From contig JBJHCT010000004.1 in assembly GCA_050486185.1 (NCBI GenBank), positions 1-59,242 on the forward strand: a stretch of DNA of 59,242 nucleotides. The letters run 5' to 3'. Shown piece after piece: positions 7,761 through 16,175 of this stretch (position 1 is its first letter; every line of letters begins with the position of its first letter). The notes under the pieces are model-generated. The model saw nothing but the letters and a program-made list of their open reading frames with translations. It had not been told where the DNA came from and did no database searches. Source of the stretch: Candidatus Saccharimonadota bacterium (GTDB lineage Bacteria > Patescibacteriota > Saccharimonadia > QS-5-54-17). The position numbers and the translations under genes were made by a program.

Positions 7761-8112
7761 CTCTTTCAGCTACCTGTTTAGGTGTAAGATCGGCTTTAAC
7801 TATGAATGAGTCAACACTTAAGTCTTTAAGATTAGCTGGAGCTTCAGACTCCCCCATATTGGTTAGAATAATAACTTTAATGTTTTTACCCCAATCTTCT
7901 TTGCGCATAATCTCTAACATCTCAGCGCCACCCATAATTGGCATCATCAAATCAAGTAGTACTAGGTCTGGCTGAAAGTCTTTAACAACCTCTAGTCCTT
8001 GCTGTCCATCACTGGCATAAGCCACATCAAACCCCTCGGCTTCGAATTTCATCCGATACATCTGGACGATTGCTAGATCGTCTTCTATGAGGACTATCTT
8101 TGCTTTAGCCAT
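7738..8112 (-). CDS. Receiver-only (CheY-like) response regulator
   Basis: 'IVLIEDD', 'DLVLLDLMMP' (phospho-acceptor Asp), 'VIILTN' and 'KA' blocks. About 124 aa with no output domain. Start taken at MAKAKI. Confidence 0.85.
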   Translation of the reverse strand: MAKAKIVLIEDDLAIVQMYRMKFEAEGFDVAYASDGQQGLEVVKDFQPDLVLLDLMMPIMGGAEMLEIMRKEDWGKNIKVIILTNMGESEAPANLKDLSVDSFIVKADLTPKQVAERVTQALES

Positions 8113-8143
8113 AAATACCACTTGTTTATAGTTACTATTTGCT

Positions 8144-8158
8144 ATACTGTAACAGTAT
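8144..8158. promoter_or_regulatory. Perfect 7-1-7 palindrome ATACTGT-a-ACAGTAT in the divergent intergenic region
   Basis: Read directly. Lies 32 nt upstream of the response-regulator start and 127 nt upstream of the GNAT-ThiF gene, in a very AT-rich spacer. Confidence 0.3.
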
Positions 8159-8284
8159 TAATAATAAAGCAAATAAAGCATAAAGCCAATAAAAATAAAA
8201 ATAATAAACAGTCGTACACAGCTACACGGTATTTACATATAATAAAAAATATGTTATAAATATAAATAATTTAAACCTAATCAT

Positions 8285-9940
8285 ATGGAGAAGCGTATGG
8301 TAGCCCATAAAAGCTCACTAGAGATTTCTAGCCCAGCCAGACCCAACCTATCACCTCAACTATCTGACTCTCAAGAAGTTCTAGGTTCTCTGGAAAGAGA
8401 CTTCGAATTAGAGGAGTCTAGATTTAGACTCAATATTAATCCTGATAATGAGATCATGACGAAGGCCTTTAAGCTTAGGGCCGATGTTTATGGTAAGGAA
8501 ATGGGGTTTTTGGACCCAGATAAAATCGACCAAGAAGAAGGTATTGAGACGGATATATATGATAAGTATTCTACCCACATCGTAGTAGAAGATGATAGTG
8601 GTAGTGTTGTCGGTAATATGAGGCTTATACATGAAAGCGAAGTTGACGTTCTGCCTGTTGGGCACTTCTTTAATATATTTGTTCCCGAAGGGTCAGTTGA
8701 GGCTTCTAGATACATATCTAGAACTAAGGATCCCAAGGATCAAAGAGCGATATCTATTGCTTTAATTAGAGCCGGCACAGAACAGGCTATAGATGCAGAT
8801 GCACCTTACATATATATGACCATAGAAAGGGATCTTTACGAGATGTTTATAAATATGGGCATACCGTTAGAAGTTGTAGATGACCCTAAATTTATAAAAG
8901 AGTACAATACTACTAATATGGCTTGCAGAGTCAACCCTAGACGTGTTGCAGCTGGAATATTAGAGGCTGACACATTACTGAAACCAAGTCGTAAAGGAAC
9001 TCTAAGGACTAGAAGGACTAAACTTTCCCCATTTTTCTACAACTCTAGCTTGAGTGATATAGCTAGCGGGTTTAGTAAGTCTGATTTAGAGGCGAGAATG
9101 AGACCGTTTGAGCGCAATCTAGGTTTTCTTTCTAAAGAGGATCAAGAAAAAATAATGAGCTCTAGAGTTTCTATAGCTGGTACTGGTGGTGATGGTGGTA
9201 TGCTTGCTTTGCAACTTGCTAGGTTGGGTGTTGGTAGTTTTAAGCTAGCAGACCCAGAAGTATTTGAATTAGAGAATTTAAATCGCCAAGCAGCATCTAC
9301 ATATAAGACTATAGGCAGAAATAAAGCTGAAGTTATAGCAGAATCTATTTTAGATATTAACCCCTCTGCCAATATCGAGGTTTTCACCGATGGGGTTCAG
9401 ACTGGGAATGTGGAAGAGTTTGTTAGAGGTAGCGACTTAGTAATAGATGAAACAGAGTTTACAGTCCCAGGCATAGGTGTGATGATAGCTAGAGAATCTA
9501 GAAAACAAGGAAGACCAGTCTTGATGGCTCTTAACGTTGGTTATGGTTGTTATGTAACCTCATTTGATCCAGAGGGGTATACTTTTGAAGATATGATGGG
9601 TATAGATAAAAATGCTCCGTTATCAGAAGTAGCAGACCAAGAGATACCTATTGAACGCTGGGTTGGCCATATACCGAGCTATACCGACTTGAGAGTATTA
9701 GAAAAAGTGTCTAATGGCGAAATGACTGCACCATCTGTAGCTCCTGGAGTCGCTATGGCGGCTGGGGTTGCTTCTACTCAGGCTATTTGGCGCATACTTG
9801 GGTATAAAGGTCGCTTTGCTGATGCGACAGCACCAAACTGCCTGTCGTTCGATGCTGTAGACGGTTTTAAGCTAGTTAAAGACACACCAGAAGGATTCAG
9901 ACAATCAATTGGTAGGCTAGCTTTTAATAACTCTCAGTAG
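8285..9940 (+). CDS. Fusion protein: N-terminal autoinducer-synthase/FeeM-like GNAT acyltransferase domain plus C-terminal ThiF/E1-like adenylyltransferase domain
   Basis: The N-terminal 'FKLRADVYGKEMGFLDPDK..EEGIETDIYDKYSTHIVVEDDSGSVVGNMRLI' fits the LuxI / N-acyl-amino-acid-synthase pattern (R..VF..e.gw...g.E.D.yD...H.l..d..g.vvG..Rl). The C-terminal 'IAGTGGDGGMLALQLARLGVGSFKLADPEVFELENLNRQ' is the ThiF/MoeB/E1 nucleotide-binding signature. Confidence 0.6.
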   Translation: MEKRMVAHKSSLEISSPARPNLSPQLSDSQEVLGSLERDFELEESRFRLNINPDNEIMTKAFKLRADVYGKEMGFLDPDKIDQEEGIETDIYDKYSTHIVVEDDSGSVVGNMRLIHESEVDVLPVGHFFNIFVPEGSVEASRYISRTKDPKDQRAISIALIRAGTEQAIDADAPYIYMTIERDLYEMFINMGIPLEVVDDPKFIKEYNTTNMACRVNPRRVAAGILEADTLLKPSRKGTLRTRRTKLSPFFYNSSLSDIASGFSKSDLEARMRPFERNLGFLSKEDQEKIMSSRVSIAGTGGDGGMLALQLARLGVGSFKLADPEVFELENLNRQAASTYKTIGRNKAEVIAESILDINPSANIEVFTDGVQTGNVEEFVRGSDLVIDETEFTVPGIGVMIARESRKQGRPVLMALNVGYGCYVTSFDPEGYTFEDMMGIDKNAPLSEVADQEIPIERWVGHIPSYTDLRVLEKVSNGEMTAPSVAPGVAMAAGVASTQAIWRILGYKGRFADATAPNCLSFDAVDGFKLVKDTPEGFRQSIGRLAFNNSQ

Positions 9941-9951
9941 GTATTCAGTAA

Positions 9952-9980
9952 TTAGCTAGTTAGCTAGTTAGCTAGTTAGC
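9952..9980. repeat. Octanucleotide tandem repeat (TTAGCTAG) x3.6
   Basis: ttagctag ttagctag ttagctag ttagc read directly, 12 nt after the stop of the GNAT-ThiF gene and 33 nt before the kinase start. Confidence 0.85.
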
Positions 9981-10012
9981 ACAATAGACTACTTGCATAT
10001 ATAATAATTGTT

Positions 10013-12145
10013 ATGGATTTGCACTTAGGGACTAGTATTCTGCTGTCCTCAATACTATTTTCTATAGGTTTTATAGTTTTAGCCAAGAATTACCGAAATA
10101 AGCTAAATGTTTATTTTTTCGGTTTTTCAACGCTTTTGTCTCTATGGGTTTTGTCTAATTATTATAGTAATGACTTTACCTTATCTCATGAACTAGCTCT
10201 ACTGTCTAACCACTTAGTTCTATTTTTTTCAGCTGCTTCACTAGTTTTTTTGATGAGGTTTACAGCTATTATTGCCTCTCATAATATTAGATATTTAAAT
10301 ACTCTAACGTCCATAGTTATTATCGGCTCTATATTAGGATTAACACCATTGGTTATTGTAGATATATACGAACAGCAAGGTGTTTACGCTATAGAGTTTG
10401 GATTACTTGCATCAATGTATTTTGCCAGCATCTTTACTAGCATACTAGTCTCTTTATGGCAGCTTATAATCGGTTATATTAAAAATGAAGGCATTGTGAG
10501 GGCGAGGATAGTTATTGTCTTGTTGAGCCTAGCTATAATGACAATACTATCTGTTATAACCAATGCCCTGATACCCATATTGACTGGCTCTTTTGCTCTT
10601 ACAAACCTTGGCCCATTTGCAACTATATTTCTAGCACTGGGGATGGCTTATGTAATCGTTAAGCACCGATTGTTTGATATACGTCTAGTTATTGCTAGGT
10701 CTATCGCTTACGTGCTAGTCATAGCAACTCTTGGTTTAACCTACGGACTAATAGTCTTCAATATAGTCGATAGATTCTTCCCCGGCACTCAAACCACTAC
10801 CTTGCAACAAGCCATCTACACTCTACTTGCAGTATTTCTAGCTTTTACTTTCCAGCCCATCAAACGCTTCTTTGATAAACTAACTAACCGAATATTTTAC
10901 CGAGACCGATATGATACCGAAGAGGTACTAAACTCTTTAGGCAAGATATTTGTCAGTAAAAGTAATAGTTTTGAGCTACTAGATGAGAGCCTTCAGGTTA
11001 TCAAAGATACTCTCAAAGTCGAGTTCGGTAGACTGGTAGTTTTGGGTAAAGATGGGATATATAAATCTACCCATATTGGTTCCCATGAAGATATAGAGGT
11101 GAATACCGACAGCCTTAATCGCTTTACTGAGCAGATCAGTATTTTGGATGAAATTGAAAACGACAACGACAACATTAAAGGCGCACTAAAAGATATGAGA
11201 GCTTATGCTCTAGTTAGACTATCGACCCAAGATGGATTAATCGGCTACATGATTTTAGGTTCTAAATCTTCTGGTACTATCTACACCCAGCAAGACATCA
11301 ATATGTTAGAGATACTGTCTCAGGAACTAGCTGTAGCTATCCAAAACGCCAAGAGCTACGAGGAGATACAGGCCTTCTCAGAAACTTTGAAGCAAGAAGT
11401 AGAAGATGCTACTGCTAAGTTGCGTGAGACCAACGAGAGGTTAATTAAACTAGATGAGGCCAAGGATGAGTTTATCTCTATGGCTTCACACCAGCTACGC
11501 ACACCACTTACAACCGTTAAGGGATATTTATCTATGCTACTAGAGGGTGATGCCGGAAAACTATCGAAAAAACAACACGAATTTGTCGACCTATCCTTTG
11601 TCAGCTCTAAACGGATGGTGCACTTAATTGCCGATATGCTTAACGTTTCAAGAATTAGCACTGGTAAACTAATGATCGATAAGACTGAGGTTGATATGTT
11701 GGAATTAGTTCAAGAAGAAGTCGATCAGTTGAAGCGCCAGGCCGAAGCTAGGAATGTGAAATTAATCTTGCATAAACCAAAGAGTAAACTACCTAAACTT
11801 AGCCTAGATGAGACCAAGATCCGTCAGGTAGTTATGAACTTTACCGATAATGCGATCTATTACTCTCCGGAGGGCAAAGTAGATATCTATCTAGAAAATA
11901 AAGACGATTCAGTAGAATTTAGGGTAGTTGATAATGGTATAGGTGTATCTAAAGAGGCCCAAAAAGAGCTATTTAAAAAGTTCTTTAGAGCTGAAAATGC
12001 TAAAACTGTCAGACCAGATGGTACAGGCCTAGGACTCTACATGGCCAAGCAGGTGATAGAGCTACAAGGTGGTGAAATAATCTTTGAAAGCCAGGAAGGC
12101 AAAGGCTCGACATTTGGTTTTCGTTTTAATACCAACGACAACTAG
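10013..12145 (+). CDS. Sensor histidine kinase with polytopic (about 6-7 TM) N-terminal sensor region
   Basis: Multiple hydrophobic helices in the first ~290 aa. H-box 'SHQLRTPLTTVKGY', N-box 'NFTDNAIYYSP', G1 'VVDNGIGV', G2 'GTGLGLYMAK'. Confidence 0.9.
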   Translation: MDLHLGTSILLSSILFSIGFIVLAKNYRNKLNVYFFGFSTLLSLWVLSNYYSNDFTLSHELALLSNHLVLFFSAASLVFLMRFTAIIASHNIRYLNTLTSIVIIGSILGLTPLVIVDIYEQQGVYAIEFGLLASMYFASIFTSILVSLWQLIIGYIKNEGIVRARIVIVLLSLAIMTILSVITNALIPILTGSFALTNLGPFATIFLALGMAYVIVKHRLFDIRLVIARSIAYVLVIATLGLTYGLIVFNIVDRFFPGTQTTTLQQAIYTLLAVFLAFTFQPIKRFFDKLTNRIFYRDRYDTEEVLNSLGKIFVSKSNSFELLDESLQVIKDTLKVEFGRLVVLGKDGIYKSTHIGSHEDIEVNTDSLNRFTEQISILDEIENDNDNIKGALKDMRAYALVRLSTQDGLIGYMILGSKSSGTIYTQQDINMLEILSQELAVAIQNAKSYEEIQAFSETLKQEVEDATAKLRETNERLIKLDEAKDEFISMASHQLRTPLTTVKGYLSMLLEGDAGKLSKKQHEFVDLSFVSSKRMVHLIADMLNVSRISTGKLMIDKTEVDMLELVQEEVDQLKRQAEARNVKLILHKPKSKLPKLSLDETKIRQVVMNFTDNAIYYSPEGKVDIYLENKDDSVEFRVVDNGIGVSKEAQKELFKKFFRAENAKTVRPDGTGLGLYMAKQVIELQGGEIIFESQEGKGSTFGFRFNTNDN

Positions 12146-12172
12146 AGTTAGCCAACCTTTATGGCAGAGAGT

Positions 12173-12349
12173 TTAGAATATTAGCCACAAAATCAAAAAG
12201 ATAATCAAGCTTAAAATAGTTAGAGCAATAAGCCTAATTTTGAACTTCTTTTTTGCAGCCTTTTTTTCCTCTACTTCAGCATCGTAACGGTGTATTTTAA
12301 CAGATTGATTAGACTGACCCTTATACTTCTTATTACGCTTTTTTGCCAT
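12173..12349 (-). CDS. Small basic, C-terminally membrane-anchored hypothetical protein (58 aa)
   Basis: Hand-translated; below the track cutoff. MAKKRNKKYKGQSNQSVKIHRYDAEVEEKKAAKKKFKIRLIALTILSLIIFLILWLIF. Convergent with the kinase gene and fills an otherwise empty interval. Confidence 0.4.
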   Translation of the reverse strand: MAKKRNKKYKGQSNQSVKIHRYDAEVEEKKAAKKKFKIRLIALTILSLIIFLILWLIF

Positions 12350-12508
12350 GTAGATAGTTTAGCAAAATGTTAAAGAAAAAGCGCTACTTGCGCTTGTTAG
12401 CAATTGTTTAAGGGGTGAAAACTTGTACAATATATGGTAGTGTTTTTTAGTTAGCAGATTACATACCGCCGTACCTATAAAATTATTAAAAACTAGAAAT
12501 TAACTGAC

Positions 12509-12586
12509 GGCCCCGTCGTCTAGCCCGGTCTAGGACACCAGGTTTTCATCCTGGCAACGCGGGTTCAAATCCCGCCGGGGTCACCA
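12509..12586 (+). tRNA. tRNA-Glu (anticodon UUC)
   Basis: Acceptor ggccccg/cggggtc, anticodon stem ccagg/cctgg with loop ttTTCat, T-arm gcggg-ttcaaat-cccgc, CCA encoded. Confidence 0.9.
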
Positions 12587-12656
12587 GTTGATTTTTAGAC
12601 TTATCCTTATAAAGCCTTACAACCAAGCAGTTTCCCTGCTAAACTATTAAGTAAAT

Positions 12657-14069
12657 ATGAAAACCGTAAAATTCAAACGTACAAAAATAATTGCTAGCTT
12701 CGGACCATCTACTGAAGACCCCAAAATAGTTAGAGAGCTCATAGAAGCTGGAGTTAATGGCGTAAGGCTAAATCTATCACACGGCACGCACGCAAGCCAT
12801 GCTCAACACATTAAGAATGCTCGGGAAGCTTCAGATGAACTAGATAAGCCGATAGCTATCATAGTGGATCTTCAAGGCCCCAAGATACGCATAGGTGAGC
12901 TACCTGAAGGCGGTATTGAACTAAAAACAGACAGTGAAGTCAAACTATCTCACGGTGGTAACTATGAGCAAGACAACGTAATACCGCTGCAATATGATTT
13001 CAGTGGCAAAGTAAATCCAGGCGAGCCCATTTATCTCTTTGATGGCAAGATAGAATTAGAAGTTATGAGTGTAAACAGTGGAGTAATTACCGCCAAAGTT
13101 GTAACTGGTGGCAAGCTAACTTCCAAAAAAGGCATCAATCTGCCCGATACCGATTTAGGTGGAGATATTCTAACCACCAAGGACTATGAGGATATTAACT
13201 TTGCTATTAATAACGACGCCGACTATATTGCTATGTCTTTTGTGCAGAGAGCTTCTGATATTGAGCAGCTGCGTCAATACCTAGATGAAAATGGTGGAGG
13301 TGAGATCAAGATTATCGCCAAGATTGAAACCAAAGCCGCAGCTGAGAGTATCGAAGAGATTACTAAAGTAAGTGATAGCGTCATGATAGCAAGAGGCGAT
13401 TTAGCTATAGAGGTAGGGCCAGAGGTAGTACCGATATTGCAACGTAAGATAATCGGTCTAGCTCAAAAATATGGCAAGGTAGCTATTGTAGCTACTCAGA
13501 TGTTAGCTTCTATGACCGATTCACCACAGCCAACTAGGGCAGAAGTTTCTGATATTGCTACAGCCGTAATCTGCGGAGCTGATTGCTTAATGCTATCTGA
13601 TGAGACTAATTCCGGTAAATACCCAGTAGAATCAGTGAAATTAATGAAGCGAGTCAGTCTATATACTGAGTCGAACTCACCGGTTGAGCCGTTATTTATG
13701 AATATGGAAGATGACTCTCAAGGTAGTGCTATAGCCTCTGCTGCTATTACGCTAGCTCACCAACTCAAAGCCAAGATGATTGTAGCTGAGACCGCTTCTG
13801 GTCGTACGGCGAAGAATATCGCCTCGCACAGACCACAAATGCCCATCATTATGGCTACAACCAACAAAAAAGTATCCCAGCAACTAGCCATCGTTTATGG
13901 CGGTAAGTCCTTTTACTACAAAAGCCCCAAAGGTGCAGGCGAGAAAGCTATTAAGGATCTGAAAAAACATGGCAATCTCAGGGAAGGGGATATGCTAGTA
14001 CTTACCTATGGTGAAAATCCAGGTGTAGCCGGCGGAACCGATACTATTAAAGTACGTGAGATATCATGA
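12657..14069 (+). CDS. pyk: Pyruvate kinase
   Basis: 'RTKIIASFGPS', 'GVNGVRLNLSHG', 'DLQGPKIR', 'MIARGDLAIE' and 'ATQMLASM' motifs. The TGA stop overlaps the pgk ATG (ATGA). Confidence 0.9.
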   Translation: MKTVKFKRTKIIASFGPSTEDPKIVRELIEAGVNGVRLNLSHGTHASHAQHIKNAREASDELDKPIAIIVDLQGPKIRIGELPEGGIELKTDSEVKLSHGGNYEQDNVIPLQYDFSGKVNPGEPIYLFDGKIELEVMSVNSGVITAKVVTGGKLTSKKGINLPDTDLGGDILTTKDYEDINFAINNDADYIAMSFVQRASDIEQLRQYLDENGGGEIKIIAKIETKAAAESIEEITKVSDSVMIARGDLAIEVGPEVVPILQRKIIGLAQKYGKVAIVATQMLASMTDSPQPTRAEVSDIATAVICGADCLMLSDETNSGKYPVESVKLMKRVSLYTESNSPVEPLFMNMEDDSQGSAIASAAITLAHQLKAKMIVAETASGRTAKNIASHRPQMPIIMATTNKKVSQQLAIVYGGKSFYYKSPKGAGEKAIKDLKKHGNLREGDMLVLTYGENPGVAGGTDTIKVREIS

Positions 14070-15280
14070 AGACGGTTAAAGATATAGATATTCAGGGCAA
14101 GACGGTACTGCTTCGAGCTGACTATAACGTACCGATCAAAGATGGCGTAATTATCGATGATTACCGTATGCGCCAAGCTCTAGTTACTCTGGAGTATCTA
14201 CTAGAGCAAAACTGCCAAGTAGTAATCATTAGCCATTTAGGTAGACCAGAAGGTGAAGTAGTGGAAGAGTTCTCGCTAGCACCTGTAGCTGAACATCTAA
14301 GCAGCTTAATTAACCAACCTGTAGTTTTAGCTAAAGGTTTTGATGAGGTTGATTCAAGCAATAACCAAATAACTTTGCTAGAAAACTTGCGGTTTTGGCC
14401 AGGTGAGGAAGCAGGTGATCTGGAGTTTGCCAAGAAACTTGCAGGTCTTGGTGAAGTGTTCATTCAAGACGGCTTCGGTGTAGTGCATAGGTCTCACGCT
14501 TCCATCGAGCTAGTGGCTAAACTATTACCTAGCGTAGCGGGACTACTACTTGATAGGGAGATTTCAACTATCACTCAAGCTATGGAGCAGCCCGATAGGC
14601 CGCTAACTGTAATTTTGGGCGGCGCTAAAGTATCAGACAAGATAGGTGTGATAGAGCGCTTTATCGATGTAGCTGATCATATATTAATCGGTGGTGCTAT
14701 GGCTAATACTTTTCTGGCTTACCAAGAACATAATATGGGAGCTAGCTTGGTTGAAACAGATCAAGATGAGGTAATTACTAGACTGGGTAATAAAGCCTTA
14801 ACTAAGAATACTAGCGATCAGGAGTGTGAGTGTTCTTTGGAGGATAAAGTCTGCTTTGATTGCATTGAATTATTCGAACTGCCATCTGATGTAGCGGTAG
14901 CTAAGGCTATAGAGGAAGATCAGCAGCGCAAGGTGGTAGAAATCGATAAAGTATCAGATGATGATTACGTATTAGATATAGGTCCAGACACTATTAAACG
15001 TTACCAAGATATAATTGCAGAATCTAAAACCGTTATCTGGAACGGTCCAGTAGGTTACTCTGAATTACCTGAGTTCTCCATAGGCTCTAACTCATTAGCG
15101 GATGAAATCAAGAGTCATAGAAGTCAAATAACCAGTATCATTGGTGGCGGCGATACAGCTGCTTTTGTACTTAATTGGGACGATGAGGGCAGTAGTTTCA
15201 CTCATGTATCTACTGGCGGTGGAGCAGCTCTAGATCTAATGGCTGGCAAAGAGCTTCCCGGTATAAAAGCTTTAGATTAG
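14066..15280 (+). CDS. pgk: Phosphoglycerate kinase
   Basis: 'VLLRADYNVP', 'ISHLGRP', 'LENLRFWPGEE', 'ILGGAKVSDKIGVI', 'WNGPVGY' and 'STGGGAALD' motifs. Confidence 0.9.
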   Translation: MKTVKDIDIQGKTVLLRADYNVPIKDGVIIDDYRMRQALVTLEYLLEQNCQVVIISHLGRPEGEVVEEFSLAPVAEHLSSLINQPVVLAKGFDEVDSSNNQITLLENLRFWPGEEAGDLEFAKKLAGLGEVFIQDGFGVVHRSHASIELVAKLLPSVAGLLLDREISTITQAMEQPDRPLTVILGGAKVSDKIGVIERFIDVADHILIGGAMANTFLAYQEHNMGASLVETDQDEVITRLGNKALTKNTSDQECECSLEDKVCFDCIELFELPSDVAVAKAIEEDQQRKVVEIDKVSDDDYVLDIGPDTIKRYQDIIAESKTVIWNGPVGYSELPEFSIGSNSLADEIKSHRSQITSIIGGGDTAAFVLNWDDEGSSFTHVSTGGGAALDLMAGKELPGIKALD

Positions 15281-15351
15281 ATCAACTGGGGTATATAATA
15301 CTAAACATAACCAAGTTACTATATAAGGTAATTTTTTAAAGAGAGATAACC

Positions 15352-16107
15352 ATGCCCGACCAAGTACAACTAAGAGGTGGTACAGCAAGTGATAATGACA
15401 ACTTCACTGGAGCAGCCAGAGAAGTTACAGTAGATACTACTAATAAGACTCTTAGAGTACATGATGGAGTAACAGCAGGAGGATCTAAACTAGCAGCTTA
15501 TGATCAGTGGGGTAGATTACAAGTAGAAGACCCAGAGAATGATAGTGACGTAGCTAATAAGCAGTGGGTGGAAGGGCATGTTAGCGATTCAGCCAACACT
15601 CAGTGTATTGATGAGGTGCGTTTGGATACATCAGGCTCGTTCGACTTTACGGATATTCCAGCAACCTATAGACACCTTGTAATTAAGTTGGCGGGTCGTA
15701 GTTCAGATAGCGCTACTAACGTTGTAGATGTTAACGTGCGCTTTAATAATGACACTGGAGCAAATTACGATAGGCAAATGCTACGTGGGTTCGGTGCTAA
15801 TGCTACCGCAAGCGAATCGCTAGCACAGACATTCATGCCTTTTACGTGGGCGCTGCCAGGAGCCAATGCGCCTGCTGATGTAGCTGGTAGTGGTATTTTG
15901 CACATTCCCGATTATGCCGATACTACCTTTCATAAGACACTAGTGGCGTCCTTTGTTGGTAAAACTGCAAGCCACGCCACGCTCATACATGAATACGGAG
16001 GCTACTGGAGGTCTACAGCTGCTATTAACCGCATAACTATCACTACTCATGCGGGAACTTTTGCGGCGGGTAGTATTGCTACGTTATATGGTATGAAGGG
16101 AATTTAG
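15352..16107 (+). CDS. Phage tail-fibre-like protein (Mtd/hyaluronidase-type N-terminal fibre motif), paralog 1
   Basis: 'VQLRGGTASDNDNFTGAAREVTVDTTNKTLRVHDGVTAGG' fits the (I/V)QL(R/K)(R/G)GT..n...GE..vdTdt..lk.GDG.T motif at the N-terminus of many tail fibres. 'DVANKQWVEG' matches the fibre 'DA.NK.yVd' motif. Homologous along its length to 56238-57062. Confidence 0.6.
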   Translation: MPDQVQLRGGTASDNDNFTGAAREVTVDTTNKTLRVHDGVTAGGSKLAAYDQWGRLQVEDPENDSDVANKQWVEGHVSDSANTQCIDEVRLDTSGSFDFTDIPATYRHLVIKLAGRSSDSATNVVDVNVRFNNDTGANYDRQMLRGFGANATASESLAQTFMPFTWALPGANAPADVAGSGILHIPDYADTTFHKTLVASFVGKTASHATLIHEYGGYWRSTAAINRITITTHAGTFAAGSIATLYGMKGI

Positions 16108-16123
16108 TCATTGCCACCACTAA

Positions 16124-16148
16124 TTTATGCTATTATCTTAAGCATAAA
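16124..16148 (+). terminator. Hairpin after the fibre-like gene (8-bp stem TTTATGCT / AGCATAAA, 9-nt loop)
   Basis: Perfect inverted repeat read directly, 17 nt after the stop. No downstream T-run, so the terminator function is uncertain. Confidence 0.3.
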
Positions 16149-16175
16149 GGTAATCGATTTAAAATCTAAATTTAT

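Noticed and set aside
9952-9980. Possible CRISPR or other interspersed repeat array.
   Set aside because: It is a contiguous 8-nt microsatellite without spacers. No CRISPR-like repeat-spacer structure or cas genes occur anywhere in the window.
15352-16107. Diversity-generating retroelement (DGR). The N-terminal motif of the fibre-like proteins resembles that of Mtd, the classic DGR target.
   Set aside because: The window has no reverse transcriptase gene and no template/variable repeat pair with adenine-specific differences. The differences between the two paralogs are not A-biased by eye.
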